Below, in pieces: positions 24,131 to 35,692 of a stretch of 64,000 bases of DNA. The notes beneath the pieces were generated by a model, which saw nothing but the letters and a program-made list of their open reading frames with translations, was not told the DNA's origin and did not search any database. How positions within the stretch are numbered: the first letter of the stretch is position 1; each line of letters starts with the position of its first letter. Source of the stretch: Anthoceros angustus (taxonomy: Eukaryota > Plantae > Anthocerotophyta); the NCBI GenBank assembly GCA_010909165.1, contig VJWM01000025.1, positions 2,232,001 through 2,296,000 on the forward strand, read 5' to 3'. The translations under genes and the position numbers were made by a program.

Positions 24131-26572
24131 CTAGCCACCGAAGTTTCTAAGAAGATTCGAATGTACGTCTCTGGTTCTAGAAGGTGGCGTCTCCGCAAGA
24201 GACAGCAGGTCACGAGCATCTTCTACGTCTACGGCTAGCTTCTTCAGAGCCTCTTCAACATTTGCAAGGGTTCTCAGTTGCTGGATCCTAACCCAGTCCT
24301 GCCCCGAAGGCGTCTTCAGGATGGTTGAGGCACCGAGCGCAGATAATCTTGGAGCAAGACGAGCTCGCCATCTCCTTTGATGCATCGTCACGCTGTTGAG
24401 ATGGTTCAAAATCCTGTTGATCTGCTTCAGCTCGCCGTCGTTGAAGTAGACGTCCGCAACGCCTTCCCTTCTGGAGACGATTCTGTCCACCTGCCCGAAC
24501 CTCCGACAATACGATACCAACGTGCTCTCGGTGGTCTCAGGGGCGAAATTGGAGAGGCGGACAACCGGGGACACTGGGTCGTCCACTCTCATTATCCTAC
24601 AAGGCTCTCCTCCACCTGGGACTTCCATGAACCGAGAAGCCAGAGCGCTCTCCCTCCCCTCCTCCGTCTTGTACTCCACGAAGCACACAACCCCAGCTGG
24701 ACCTCGCCTCGCAAACGAGTCCAGAATTTCCCCATGCGCAGACATGTACTCCCTCACATGGATCACCGACACATCCACCGGCAGATTCTCCACCGCCACC
24801 GAGAACCCAACGCTCCATCTCTGCGGCCCCGCGTGCATACTCCTGGAGGCGGCACGCTCCTGCCTCAACCCTACATCCACCCCGGCCTCGTCACCTCCCC
24901 CAAACCCCTCCCCCTTCACAAACCGAGTGTCCTTCTGCTGCGGCTCTGTCTTCACCCTCGACCCACGGATGAAGATATTCTCCGCATGCAACGCATTAGT
25001 GAACGCACTCTCAGTCTTGAAATTCACAAATCCAAACGTGAACTTCGAATCCGGTCTCCTGGGAGGCACCAGATTCACTCTAGTTATCTCCCCAAACATA
25101 TCGAACGCCTCCTTAATATCCTGCACTGAAGCCGACGGAGGCAGATACCGAATAAACAAGCCGTTCGCATTATCAGACACCTTCTCCTTCTGCCCAACCG
25201 CACCCCCATTCCCAATGCTCTTCACAACCGGCCGAGACACCGAGTCCTCAGCAATCTCATCATCGTCACACTCCCCATCAAAAAAGGTCATCTTCACAGG
25301 AGCCCCTTGCCTCGGCTTCACATCCCCGCCCTGCGTCTCCTGCCGCCTATTCGACCCTATAGCACGCAGGCGCTCCCAATTCAAAGAAGTCTGACTCTCG
25401 ATCTCCCCTCTCCTCGTCCCCTCAACTTTCCTCCCATTCACAGCTGCAGGCAAAACCGGCTCCCTCTCCTCCACCTCTTCCTCCTCCTCCTCGCTCTCAT
25501 CCTCCTCCTCCCCCTGCTCCTCCAACCCTAAACCCTGAAACCCTACCTCCTCCTCCTCCTCCTCCCCCTCCTCCTCTTCCTCCTGCTGCAAAGCCTCCAC
25601 CTTCACTGCGCTCAACTCCCCTAAATCCTCCCCCTCCTCTGCCCTAACCTCCTCCACCCCGCCCCCCTTCACCCCATTCACCCGCAAGGCAGGAGCAGCC
25701 GAGGAAGGCCCGGGCTCGCTCGGCTCCGCCTCCACCCCGGCCTCGTGACCCACCAGCTGCTTCTGCAGGGCATCCAGAATGTCCTTCACGATCTGGCGCC
25801 CGCCGCCCACCTCCTTCACCACGAGCGAGGTGGTGGGAACTCCCCTCCGTGGGCCTCCCGGTGCCGGAGCACGAACGACTCCACCAGTGCTGCCCTTTCC
25901 TCCCGCGACAGCCGCTTCACCTTCTTCCCGCCCCGTCCGCCAGCTCCTCCACGGGGCCGCTGCCGCCACCGAGAAGGCTCTGGCTCTGCCCCGCCACACG
26001 GGCCCCGCCGCGGCCTGCCTCCCGGGGGCGGCATTCACATTCTCCGACAGCAGGCGGCCCCAGCTGCCCGGCCTGCACCATTCCGCCACCCGCAGCGAGG
26101 GCAATTTCAGCAGCGTGCGGTTCATGCTGGTGGCCCACACCTGCTGGTTCACAATCTGCATATCCACGCTCCTTGCATGCCTCCTCCCACCTGCTCCCCA
26201 ATGCGCGACGTTAGGCAATCCGGTTGTTCCCGCTGGATCGCCTCCAGTCAGTCCCCTCAGCACACCCGCCGCCAATGTGAAATGGGACAGGCCAAGACGA
26301 GAAAAGACGCGTAAACTGGGCACATGTGCAGGCAAGCAGTCTACCTGAGCGCTAATCGGAAGCGGCGAGCTACCGGCCGCGGCCGATCCTTGCGAGGCTG
26401 GAGCAGACGCACGCACGCCCACCGAACCTTCGTAAAACCTTAAACCCTGACGACACGACGAAGAGGCCACCACAGGCCCACGCATTCGCATTTTAGGTTT
26501 CCTCACCTCCATTCGACGTTGTAAGATTTTCTGCCGACTGAGATTTCCTTTCACTTTCACTCCTGCGTGCAT
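24131..26572 (-). CDS. Protein with At3g52170-like helix-turn-helix, acidic linker and about three RRM domains; true start uncertain
   Basis: RRMs: GLFIRYLPPSAS..FTFGFVNF, SVAVENLPVD..VCFVEY, VVRLSNFAP..ADVYF. HTH KRLSREERAALVESFV..FP|TTSLVVKEVGG..IVKDIL is split over frames. Confidence 0.85.
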   Translation of the reverse strand: MHAGVKVKGNLSRQKILQRRMEVRKPKMRMRGPVVASSSCRQGLRFYEGSVGVRASAPASQGSAAAGSSPLPISAQVDCLPAHVPSLRVFSRLGLSHFTLAAGVLRGLTGGDPAGTTGLPNVAHWGAGGRRHARSVDMQIVNQQVWATSMNRTLLKLPSLRVAEWCRPGSWGRLLSENVNAAPGRQAAAGPVWRGRARAFSVAAAAPWRSWRTGREEGEAAVAGGKGSTGGVVRAPAPGGPRRGVPTTSLVVKEVGGGRQIVKDILDALQKQLVGHEAGVEAEPSEPGPSSAAPALRVNGVKGGGVEEVRAEEGEDLGELSAVKVEALQQEEEEEGEEEEEEVGFQGLGLEEQGEEEDESEEEEEEVEEREPVLPAAVNGRKVEGTRRGEIESQTSLNWERLRAIGSNRRQETQGGDVKPRQGAPVKMTFFDGECDDDEIAEDSVSRPVVKSIGNGGAVGQKEKVSDNANGLFIRYLPPSASVQDIKEAFDMFGEITRVNLVPPRRPDSKFTFGFVNFKTESAFTNALHAENIFIRGSRVKTEPQQKDTRFVKGEGFGGGDEAGVDVGLRQERAASRSMHAGPQRWSVGFSVAVENLPVDVSVIHVREYMSAHGEILDSFARRGPAGVVCFVEYKTEEGRESALASRFMEVPGGGEPCRIMRVDDPVSPVVRLSNFAPETTESTLVSYCRRFGQVDRIVSRREGVADVYFNDGELKQINRILNHLNSVTMHQRRWRARLAPRLSALGASTILKTPSGQDWVRIQQLRTLANVEEALKKLAVDVEDARDLLSLAETPPSRTRDVHSNLLRNFGG

Positions 26573-28551
26573 ATATTTTAGTCCGCCTAGTCCAGTCCAC
26601 CACGACAGAATCGGACATACGCATACTAGGGATGAGGTCGTTGGAGAAGAACATAGTATAATTTAATTTTAATTTAATTATTAATATTTTCTTTTGATCC
26701 TTAGCTTCCATATTATATATATGGGTGTAATAGAAGTTTTTTTGGTCACACCACCCTTCTCTTTTGATCTCGTCTCGAGGATGGAACTAAGAATAGAGAA
26801 TTTACCTTTTTAACTTTGAATGACTAAATCTTTCTTTCCATGTTTCATATCTTCATGGATTTTACTTATCTCTTACTTTGAACTTTGATATTGAGTTGTG
26901 TTTCTCTTATGTTCAAGGCTGAAGAGAGTTTGAAAGTCATTTTTGTCTCTTGTACTAGAAACAATGACAACTTCATGACACAACTCGATCATGTTATAAG
27001 CTTTTGTTATAAGATTGAATGCAAGAGACCATCCAAGTGAAGGATAGTTAGCTTGGTAGCGGCTAAAGATACTGCTAGCAAGCAGAAATAAAAAAAATAT
27101 TTAATGTTTGAGTTTGATGAAAACTAAGAATGCATAGCATGAGAAATTTTGAAAGTGGATGAGTGTTTTTTGAGCTCCCTTCAATAATGACTTCTAAATG
27201 TGGGTTCATTGATACTCCACGATCAAGCACTCGAGTCTGATCACCGGTAGCATTGGGGTGCTACCCATCCCCTGTTATAAAAAAGCCCTAGGGGGCCGCC
27301 TACTATCAAGCCCTCAAGGGCTGTCTTGTTGTAAAAGGTTTAGGGCGCCCCCTTGCTGTAAAAGTCCTATGGGGCCGCTTGGTGTAAAGCCTTTTACAAT
27401 AAGCTCCACGGGTCCCTTTGTTGTAAAAGCTCAACAGGACCCTATTGTAAAGCTTTACCGGGCTACTTCAAATTAAATGCACAATCAAGTTCATGATAAA
27501 TTTCTGCCAAAATAGAGAAGGAAAAATTTCATTATATACAAAATAAATATATATCAAATATAATATTCTAATAAAATAAAATTACCAAATTAATCATAAA
27601 TGAAGTGAACATGTATAAATTAAAAATTTTCTATAAAGATATTTACTCAATGTTAAGTAGCTTTGGATGTGGTGTTTAAAGAGGATATGGACCTTGGATG
27701 AGTTGCTAGTTACTGCCCAAAGGAATATCCCTTCTGCAAGTAGCCCTAGATAAGGTGGTGCTTATGGAGATCTCTCTGTTGCAAGTAACCCTAGATCGGG
27801 TGCCTAAGTGGATTCTTTTTCGTGATTTTAAATATTTTAATTAATTATATTATGAAGAATTTTATAACATTCTATTTTTATGAGTAATTTTTTATTATGA
27901 AATATAAGTAGATATAAATATTTGGAATGACATTGGGTTGGGCTTGCGACAATGTGTAGTACTGTTTTGAGCAGATTACGTACATATGGATGTTCAGCGT
28001 ATGCATATGTATGTACATTCCAGCGCTGGGAGTTACAACTTACGACGGGTGGCCCACCCTGCGGGGCCGGCTAAAATATATTTTAATTACTCGTAGACTG
28101 TGAGAGGCTGCTTGGACTGACACTGGAACCTTTCATTATGAAGCGCGCTGTCGGTTCCCAGGACTGGTGTTGTTGGGGGGTTGGCAGAGATCCGCCCGCA
28201 CAGACGCCCAGGCAGCGCTCCCCGCCTTTTACTTCACGACGATGCGGAGGCACCATGCGCCCCGCACCTTGTGACAGCAGCCCCTGATTGGAAGCGCGAC
28301 CTAGGTGAGGCATTTAGTCAAGCATTTTGCGCTTCCAAGAAGCTCACATTGCTGTCTTTCGAGCGCTATCGCTGGTTGTAATTGCCTGCTTTGGTGAGGT
28401 CGCTAAGAACTTTGGCATGCGAGGTTGGGACAGGCTGGAAGGACAGCGAGCTCACAGTGTTCTGAGATAAAGCTGCCCAGACAGGGAAGGTGAAGCTCAA
28501 GCCGACAGAAGAGGAGAGGGGAGGAGAAGAGGGGAGAAGAGAGGACAAGCA

Positions 28552-28902
28552 ATGGCAGTGGGCAAGTCGAGTCCGTCTCCGCTGGTGCCGCTGCTGCTGC
28601 TCAGCTTCGTGGTGGTGGCTATGACAGGGCCCTGGGTCATTGAGCACGAGGGCCTCATTCTTGGGGCAATGCGAGGCCTGAGCTCTGTGGCGGGGCTGAT
28701 CCCTGTCCTCCTGCTCTTTGCCATCCTCTTCCTCACTCCAAGCTCCCCGCCTAAACGGCAGCGGCAGCCTCCAACCGGCCCTTCCTTCTACGACGCTGGC
28801 ACCTCGCAGTATGGTCTCTTCCTCCTCCTCTTGCTCCTCGTGGTGCTGGCCTCCATGACCTCCTCCTGGCAATCCGGCTGGCATTCCTCCGTTAGAACAT
28901 GA
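28552..28902 (+). CDS. Small intronless membrane protein (116 aa, three hydrophobic segments)
   Basis: Three TM-like stretches; C-terminal GTSQYGLFLLLLLLVVLASMTSSWQSGW resembles a plant small-protein family (GSSPWG..LLL..SS..W) as recalled. Confidence 0.65.
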   Translation: MAVGKSSPSPLVPLLLLSFVVVAMTGPWVIEHEGLILGAMRGLSSVAGLIPVLLLFAILFLTPSSPPKRQRQPPTGPSFYDAGTSQYGLFLLLLLLVVLASMTSSWQSGWHSSVRT

Positions 28903-29055
28903 GTGACTACCCGTGCTATCTGGTTAGTAGCGCGCAAGTTTTTCCTCTCTGACAAGACCGGGCGGAAAAGCCTTGTCTGATCTCAGAAGCAGAGAGAGTT
29001 TCGCGACCAAGGTTAGGAAACAGGAAAGGTCTATAGGAATGCAACTGTCACCAGG

Positions 29056-30760
29056 CTATGACCTATGTATCTCAATCTCGGAAATGTAGACTCGTTGTAG
29101 ACAGTAGAAGGATCCCAGGCTGCTAGTTTTTGACCTTGCTGCAGCCTGCGGCCAGGATGGTCTTCTAGCTCGGAGTTTTGATGAGGCGCCCTGTATTGTC
29201 TCTGTTCCACTTGCCAGGATGGGGCATGTGTTTCGTATGAGACGAGCAGCTTTGTGAGTAACAGTTGTAGTAGAAACAGCATCCTTCGGAACGAGAGCTG
29301 GCAATCTCGCTCAATCGTAACTCCGCTTCATCCCAGGCATCCTGCAGGCATCCTTCCCCGGAGCACAGCAATGTGTTCACGTTCCTGCTTCTCGAAGATT
29401 GCCCTCGGACTGTACCCCCTGGGTTTGGGCAGCACATTCTTACTTGCCAAGGCCCTTTGCGCAAGCTGCGGCTTCGACTTGCGGAAACTGGGCCCGTTTT
29501 GAAATCATTTATCCACGCCGACCTCATACGGTAAAGCACGCTGGCCAGGATGATGAACATGGACCCCACGAGCAGTGGAAATCGGATTCCCTTTTCCTGC
29601 AGTACTCTTGCACGGTGGTTGAAATTGTCGTCCTGCTCAAGAAGCTGAAGAGACGTTGATCTGCTCGAATGTGCTTCCTCTCCAAGTGGCGATACCAAGA
29701 ACAGGACCAAAGCTGTGCTCCGTACTTCCGTGTCAGCTGCAGCTTGACTAGCTGCGATGACAAGAGACAGCAACGATTAAAGAAAGCAAAGTTGGCAAAT
29801 ATTGGAAGGTGAGGGAGACGGAACAGGCCCGAGATACCCACCAGGTCGTCCGCTACAGGGACAGGTATGTTCACGCCAGTAGGACGCCGAGCAAGACGAA
29901 TCCTCGTGTGCACTTTGACTAAACAAGGGTAGGAATACTGCGGAGTCATACTTCTTGTGAACATTTTCAGTGATGGATACAATTGCCGAGCCTGTTGCAA
30001 CATGCAACAACACAGCCAAAACATTGGAAGGCTTTTCTGAGAAGACACCGGGACTATGTTGAGGTCAGTTCATGTTCTGGAAGATACCTTGCCACGAGGA
30101 ACACTTCTCTAACAACGGTGCAATCTGTGAGACATCCGCATCAAGTTCTTGTAACGCCATAAATGAGCCTGGTGATCCTGTGCCAGAAGCTGAGGCGTCA
30201 GTAGCAGTAGCGTGGGAAAGCCGCAAGCTGCAACTAGCAACAAGCTCCAACTAGGTAGTAGCGCATGCAATTTACGTGTTACCTTCAACTGCGAAGGGCT
30301 GAGTCCACACAGTCTCCCATAATTGGTGATGTCTTCCCAGAGAGATACCTAAAATTCCTACCATCCCGGTAAAGAGATCAGCCGGCACCTGGAACACGTA
30401 GTGCGCACTGTCCACCGGCTGCTCCCAAACCTGTGCAAGCGAATATCAGAATTGTGACCATTTACGAGCACTGGCTGACATTTCACGGCGAAACTTCGAA
30501 GATCTTAAATCCTTGAAGTTTCTTACATGCTCACCGATCTTCACGAAGATCTCGAGTTCACAGGCTCCTGCATTCCAATTTCCAGCTGGCAGAAGGACAC
30601 GTCTGTAGCAAGCAGGGGGCCCCTAGTTATCCATCTGATGAAGTCACTTTCAGACTGCTTTCGAAAGGGAGAAAGCAGACTACAACTTCGGAACCTCCAC
30701 AGCACTTCCTGCCTTGCAAACGAGTCCAACATACCCGAACAAAAAGAAACTGGCTGCCAT
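29056..30760 (-). CDS. Unidentified spliced gene, probably with a TM segment
   Basis: Phase-consistent splicing gives MAASFFLFG|RVLLPAGNWNAGACELEIFVKIGEH|VWEQPVDSAHYVFQVP..WETVWTQPFAVE; downstream exon-like ORF contains FPLLVGSMFIILASVLY. The 3' structure is not resolved. Confidence 0.4.
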
Positions 30761-31213
30761 GTTTTCTTGCGGTTGACAAGCGACACACGTAAATAGAGAA
30801 GCAGCGATGAAGGCTGCCAGAAGGCAAATTTCAGCCATTCTCCGCCAGCTGGTGTTGCAGTGACCTTAATCCAGTGTCGACTTACAAAGCGGACGCGACT
30901 TTGTCCCTTCATGAAAAAGCCTGCTTCCAAGACTCGAAGTCATCGTTCAAACAAAGCAAAGTAAGCACAGCATTCTCAGCCTCGATTCACGAAGTTGCTG
31001 CATGCATCGGAGAATTGCGGGACCGAAGCTCGTGCGTGGAGGCGGTACTAACCGTCGAGCAACAAAAAGGGCTAGCTTAGAAATTGCTTCAACTTAATAA
31101 GCTACCAATCTGTTTGTGTCTCTACCAAGACCAAAATTTGTAATGCGTGCTAAAGGGGAATGTCTCTCACACCCGGATTATGTAAATCAGATGTTGTTTG
31201 TGATAAAAAAATT

Positions 31214-33869
31214 TCACCTCACCACTCCGATATCTTCCATAAGATTGCGGACATACTTTCTCACAATTTCTTCTCCCTTGGGCCCTCTTTTTTTATTACA
31301 TTGGAAGCAGTTGGTTCTATCAACAACCAATGATATATATTCATTAGATTGTCAAATCGTTCTCATAGGTTTTAGTACTTTTTAGTGATGTATATAGGTA
31401 GACATAAGGTACCTCCTTGGAAAGTTTACATTCTTGCAATCCTCACACTCCCAATTTCCGTTCACACCAGGTTCTGGCCTTTGCCCACCTCCCATAGCTG
31501 TTGCACTTACAGCGGCTGGATCTCCAAACTCCTATAATATATGAGGGGAACAAATTACATGAATGAACAAAGATTTAGTTGAGAGGATTACACGAAGTGT
31601 GAAGATCCATTACTCTCAAAAAATCACTGGGACGATCTTTGTAATCTTCAAACCGCAAGTTCGGTCGAGGTAGTATTGATCTTTGCGTAGAAAAATAACC
31701 TAGATTTGAGGTTCCACGTGGACCAAAATTTCCTAGCATTCCTCCAGTGGTATACAATGGAGTTGTTGAAGTTATGGGTAAATTTCCAACCCCAGAATTT
31801 GAGCCAAGTGGAGGTGTCAAAAGGCTCACTGCATTATTGACTGCCGATGTGGGTGTTACTCCTGACAACCCTAATGTAGTGGAGGATAGGTTTCCTCCAT
31901 CCCTCGTTTGCATCCTTGATTTCATAGTCTGAAGCCATAATGCAGCAGAAGCAAGACATTCTCCAGCATCTCCCACTGGATCAGTTGACGCTGCAAATGA
32001 TGCCACCAATTGTTCTGCTAGTCGTTTTCCTTCTGTTGCAGCACTATAGTGGAAACAAATAATATAGTTACATTTCACATAAAGTTATACTATTAAATAA
32101 CATTTCAAGCATAACCTCTCTTTAAACATACCAACCTTCAATTACACTCTGGGAAGAAATTCTAGGAAAACCAGTACATTAAATTAGTGTGGAAGCTAAT
32201 AGTTGAAAATCTTGAACTTGAAAAAGTTTTACTAGACAAATTTTAAAATTTGAACAATGAACACTTGGTCTTCATATTTCATAAGAGCAAGTGTATCATC
32301 GCCTATTAATTTTAATACAAGCACTTGAAGGAAGAAAGATTTTTTACTAAAACTGTTTGAATATTGCCAATTTTTGGAGAAGTTTTGTAATGGGAAAACT
32401 AAAAACAAGTCTTTACATACCTTAGGGTAGACCTTCTTCCCGACAAACCACCATCTCCAGTGATATATTGTGATGCGAATGATGGTGTTTGTTCATACCC
32501 TCCTCCCATCCAAGGCTCAAGCTCATTAGTGAGACTTGAAGTAGAGGAAATTATTGCTTGCTGAGATTCACTATGAGTTATTATACCTCGAGTCATACCA
32601 AGACGTTCACCACCAACCTGCTATTTGTAGTACACAACAATATGGGGGGCATATTTAAAACTCCAAGTTTGTTCTACAACAAGATAACACGGACAAACCT
32701 GACTACCGATAGTGGTGTCTAAGATCTTCATATTGATGAAGATACTTGCTTGACATTTTTAATCTTCAAATTATTCCTTAATTCTAGTTTCATTACCAAT
32801 GCACTAAATTGTTTCTAAGGTTCACAGCTTCTAAGACAACAATGATATTAGAAAAATAAAGTAAAACCCTTGTAAAAAGAACCAAATTTTCTTTCAAATT
32901 TAAGATTTGCTTGATTAATAACCACTTTACATCTAATTCGTAGAGTTATGACATATAGGTCCTTTAACTCAAACATTAACATAGTTCTTGTTTGGCCTAA
33001 TGTGGATTAAAAAGAACTTGTATTGTACTAGACAATCATGGAAACATGACAGATCTTACCCCTTGTGACATTACTGATGAGTGAGGGAGTATTTCTCCTC
33101 TAGCAATTTTTAAGCTCTCAATGTAAGCTTTCACAATTGCATCACCTAAAGCTCCTCTTCGCTTACCACATTTATTACACTGTCACAAACATTCATTAGA
33201 CAAGACAATTATGCCTCACAGACCTCACAGACTAGTACTTTAATCAAGACAATTATGCCTTATAGACTAGTCTTTCCTCTTCCATTTGTTTCTTTAAACT
33301 TTTATATAAAAATATCAACATGTACCTCTGTTCTTCGAGGATAGTTGACATTGTTGCATGCAAGATCATCACAAACCCAGTTCCCATCCTCCATGGGGCG
33401 TGGTTGTTTCCCACGCGATTCTCCATTCATTAGATGATCAGATATCCCTTGCATTCTGTTGATAGTGTAATATTGTATAATGACTCCAAGGTATTCCGAA
33501 AACTCTAAATTATACCATAAAATACCAAACTAGAACCCAAAATCAATATTTTTTTCTTGGATATAATCAAACTACAAGTACATCCAAGAAAATTTACACT
33601 CTGAACCATGCAAATCTTCGGTATTCTAAATCTTGCAATAATATCATGAGAAAAATAATAATTAAGTAAACTATAAACTATGACATCAAGAAGATTCATA
33701 AATTGTATGAGAAAAAACTTTGTTCCATGGTTGTACATACTAGCTACTATACATCACAAGAATAGACCAATTAGATGTTATGAGAGTTTGAAGACCTAGA
33801 AAGACGTGGATGCTTTGATAGTCTGCTCACATAATATTCGGTATCATCACCAACGCCGTATATATTCAT
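31214..33869 (-). CDS. RanBP2-type zinc-finger protein (two fingers), about seven exons
   Basis: GNWVCDDLACNNVNYPRRTE|CNKCGKRR and GNWECEDCKNVNFPRR|TNCFQCNKKR, each finger split by a GT-AG intron; stop at 31214. Confidence 0.8.
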
Positions 33870-34560
33870 CTAAAGCATGTACTCAAACTTGTGTAGTACA
33901 ATACTCTTTGATTGTGCCCACTCACACATTCATCTTAGACGCATTTCTACTTTGATGTTTAGAGAAGCTTACTTAGCTTCTAGACAATGAATTATTGATC
34001 AAAACTGTGTCAATAAGTGCAAACAGGTATATATAGGGATCAGTTCACATGCAAGTGAGCCAAAATCTTATTTTAAATAAATAGTAACCTATATAACTAT
34101 TTATATTAGATTAATTTTAATCAAAATAGAGTTACTAATGAAAAAAATCTATCCATATAAGATATGGTTAAGTCACCAAGTCTCGGTGTAACATCATAAT
34201 TTTTGAAGGGGGTGAATAATCTCGAAGGAGGCTTTCCGTAAATAATCTCTGAAGGGGGGTTTTTGATAGGCCCTAAAACAGCGTTTTTAAGGCATTCCGG
34301 AAAACATCTCCGAAAAAAAAGGTGTCACCCACTAAAGTTCTTACTTTCCATCCAGCAATGTTTCTGTCGAATAGTGGTTGCAAGCTCGAACCTATGAGAT
34401 TTATGCAAAGTAGGAACGGTAAGGAAGGCCGCCGTTCCTGCCGGGAAGGGACGACTGTAAATTCAAATTTGGGAGGAAAATGTGGTTTCGTAAGGACACA
34501 ACAAAAGCCACGGACAGGGTATTTCCAAAACACAAGAATATCCGGAACTGACGTACACAT

Positions 34561-35690
34561 TCACTGGGACCCGGGACAAACCGTGATTTCAGTTTCACTC
34601 ATCACCGAGTTCAATCCTTCGTCATCACTTGGTCCAGCGTCTCCAGCATTGTCATCACTATCTTCAATGGCACTTTGATTCGCAGGCTGTATGAAGCCGC
34701 GCAACTCGCAAAGCTTATCCCTTATCGCTTTTATATCCACTGCATACACATGTTTCCGTGCGTTCAACACACACCCATAATACAGGATGGCTGTTTCATT
34801 CACAAACACCTCCTATATGTTTTTTGGGTAATGGACCTTATTCCCTTTTTTCCTCGGCATCAGACCAGATGGGTTGGCACTCTGACGGACTATGTATTCC
34901 TACACATATCTCCCTTCGTACGCATTTGTGTGCTCGGTCCGATATCAGTGGATAAGAAAGTGAGGTCATGGTGCATCTAGCTTCGCGTCAATGACTCTCC
35001 CCAATCCAGAATGGCCTGTTATGCGTGTCCATAGTGCACGGCACTGCCAGAACAATCTGTAGGCCTGTGGGTTTGGATGTAATGTCGTGAAGTCTTGTGG
35101 CTTCCTCACCATAAGGAGTTGTGCTTCAGGCTGCCCACTGGTCATGTCCAGTGTTGCCCAAATCACCCATCCTGCTCGGGCTCGCTGATTAGGCAAAGCA
35201 TCTTTGTATCCCACCACCCACAACTTGTACAGAGGTGTCCAAAAGGCACCCTCGTCCTCCGGTTCCTCTTCCTGGCAAAGCATCCAATTCTTTTCAACCA
35301 TGCGAATACTCTACATTGTTCTGCAGCCTCCTGAAATGCATAGTCTCCTCGTAGTTGAAGGGCGATTGAATTGGAATTGGCAGAGGGCGTTTCTGCACAC
35401 TCCTCTCAGCTTCATCACCTCCACCTACGCCTCTTGTGGTGCTTGCCTTTCCATAGTTGTGGCTATGAGCCCTGCCACCACTCGCCCCTCCTGTTGTGGA
35501 ATTCGCACCGATTTGTGCCATAGGTTGCTCATACTGCCTGCCACCGGGAATCACTCTGCCTTGTGACGCACTGGGCTGCACTACGTCCTCTGTTGTCGCC
35601 GCTGTCCGTTTCTTGCTCCCTCTTCCCTTCTTCTACTTGGGCAAAGGGAAGTCCTGTTGAGGCTCAAAGGCATTCTTCTCCTTCCTGCTA
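34561..35690 (-). other. Unidentified ORF fragments interrupted upstream by the Copia LTR, probably TE-derived
   Basis: Consecutive ORFs (35294-35581, 34966-35301, 34561-34809) with protein-like composition but no recognised domain; abut the LTR at 35693. Confidence 0.3.
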
Positions 35691-35692
35691 CA

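Larger units (their letters stand above)
21687..24746. repeat. ~1.53-kb direct tandem duplication spanning the 3' end of the RRM gene and the downstream microprotein gene
   Basis: TCAGTAGGAAGACTGG at 21691 and 23218; GACATG at 23211 and 24741; junction microhomology CGCA(T/G)ACATG; copies differ mainly by small indels. Confidence 0.95.

Noticed and set aside
24377-26348. Long plus-strand ORFs over the HTH-RRM gene
   Set aside because: Antisense, low-complexity, no domain signal.
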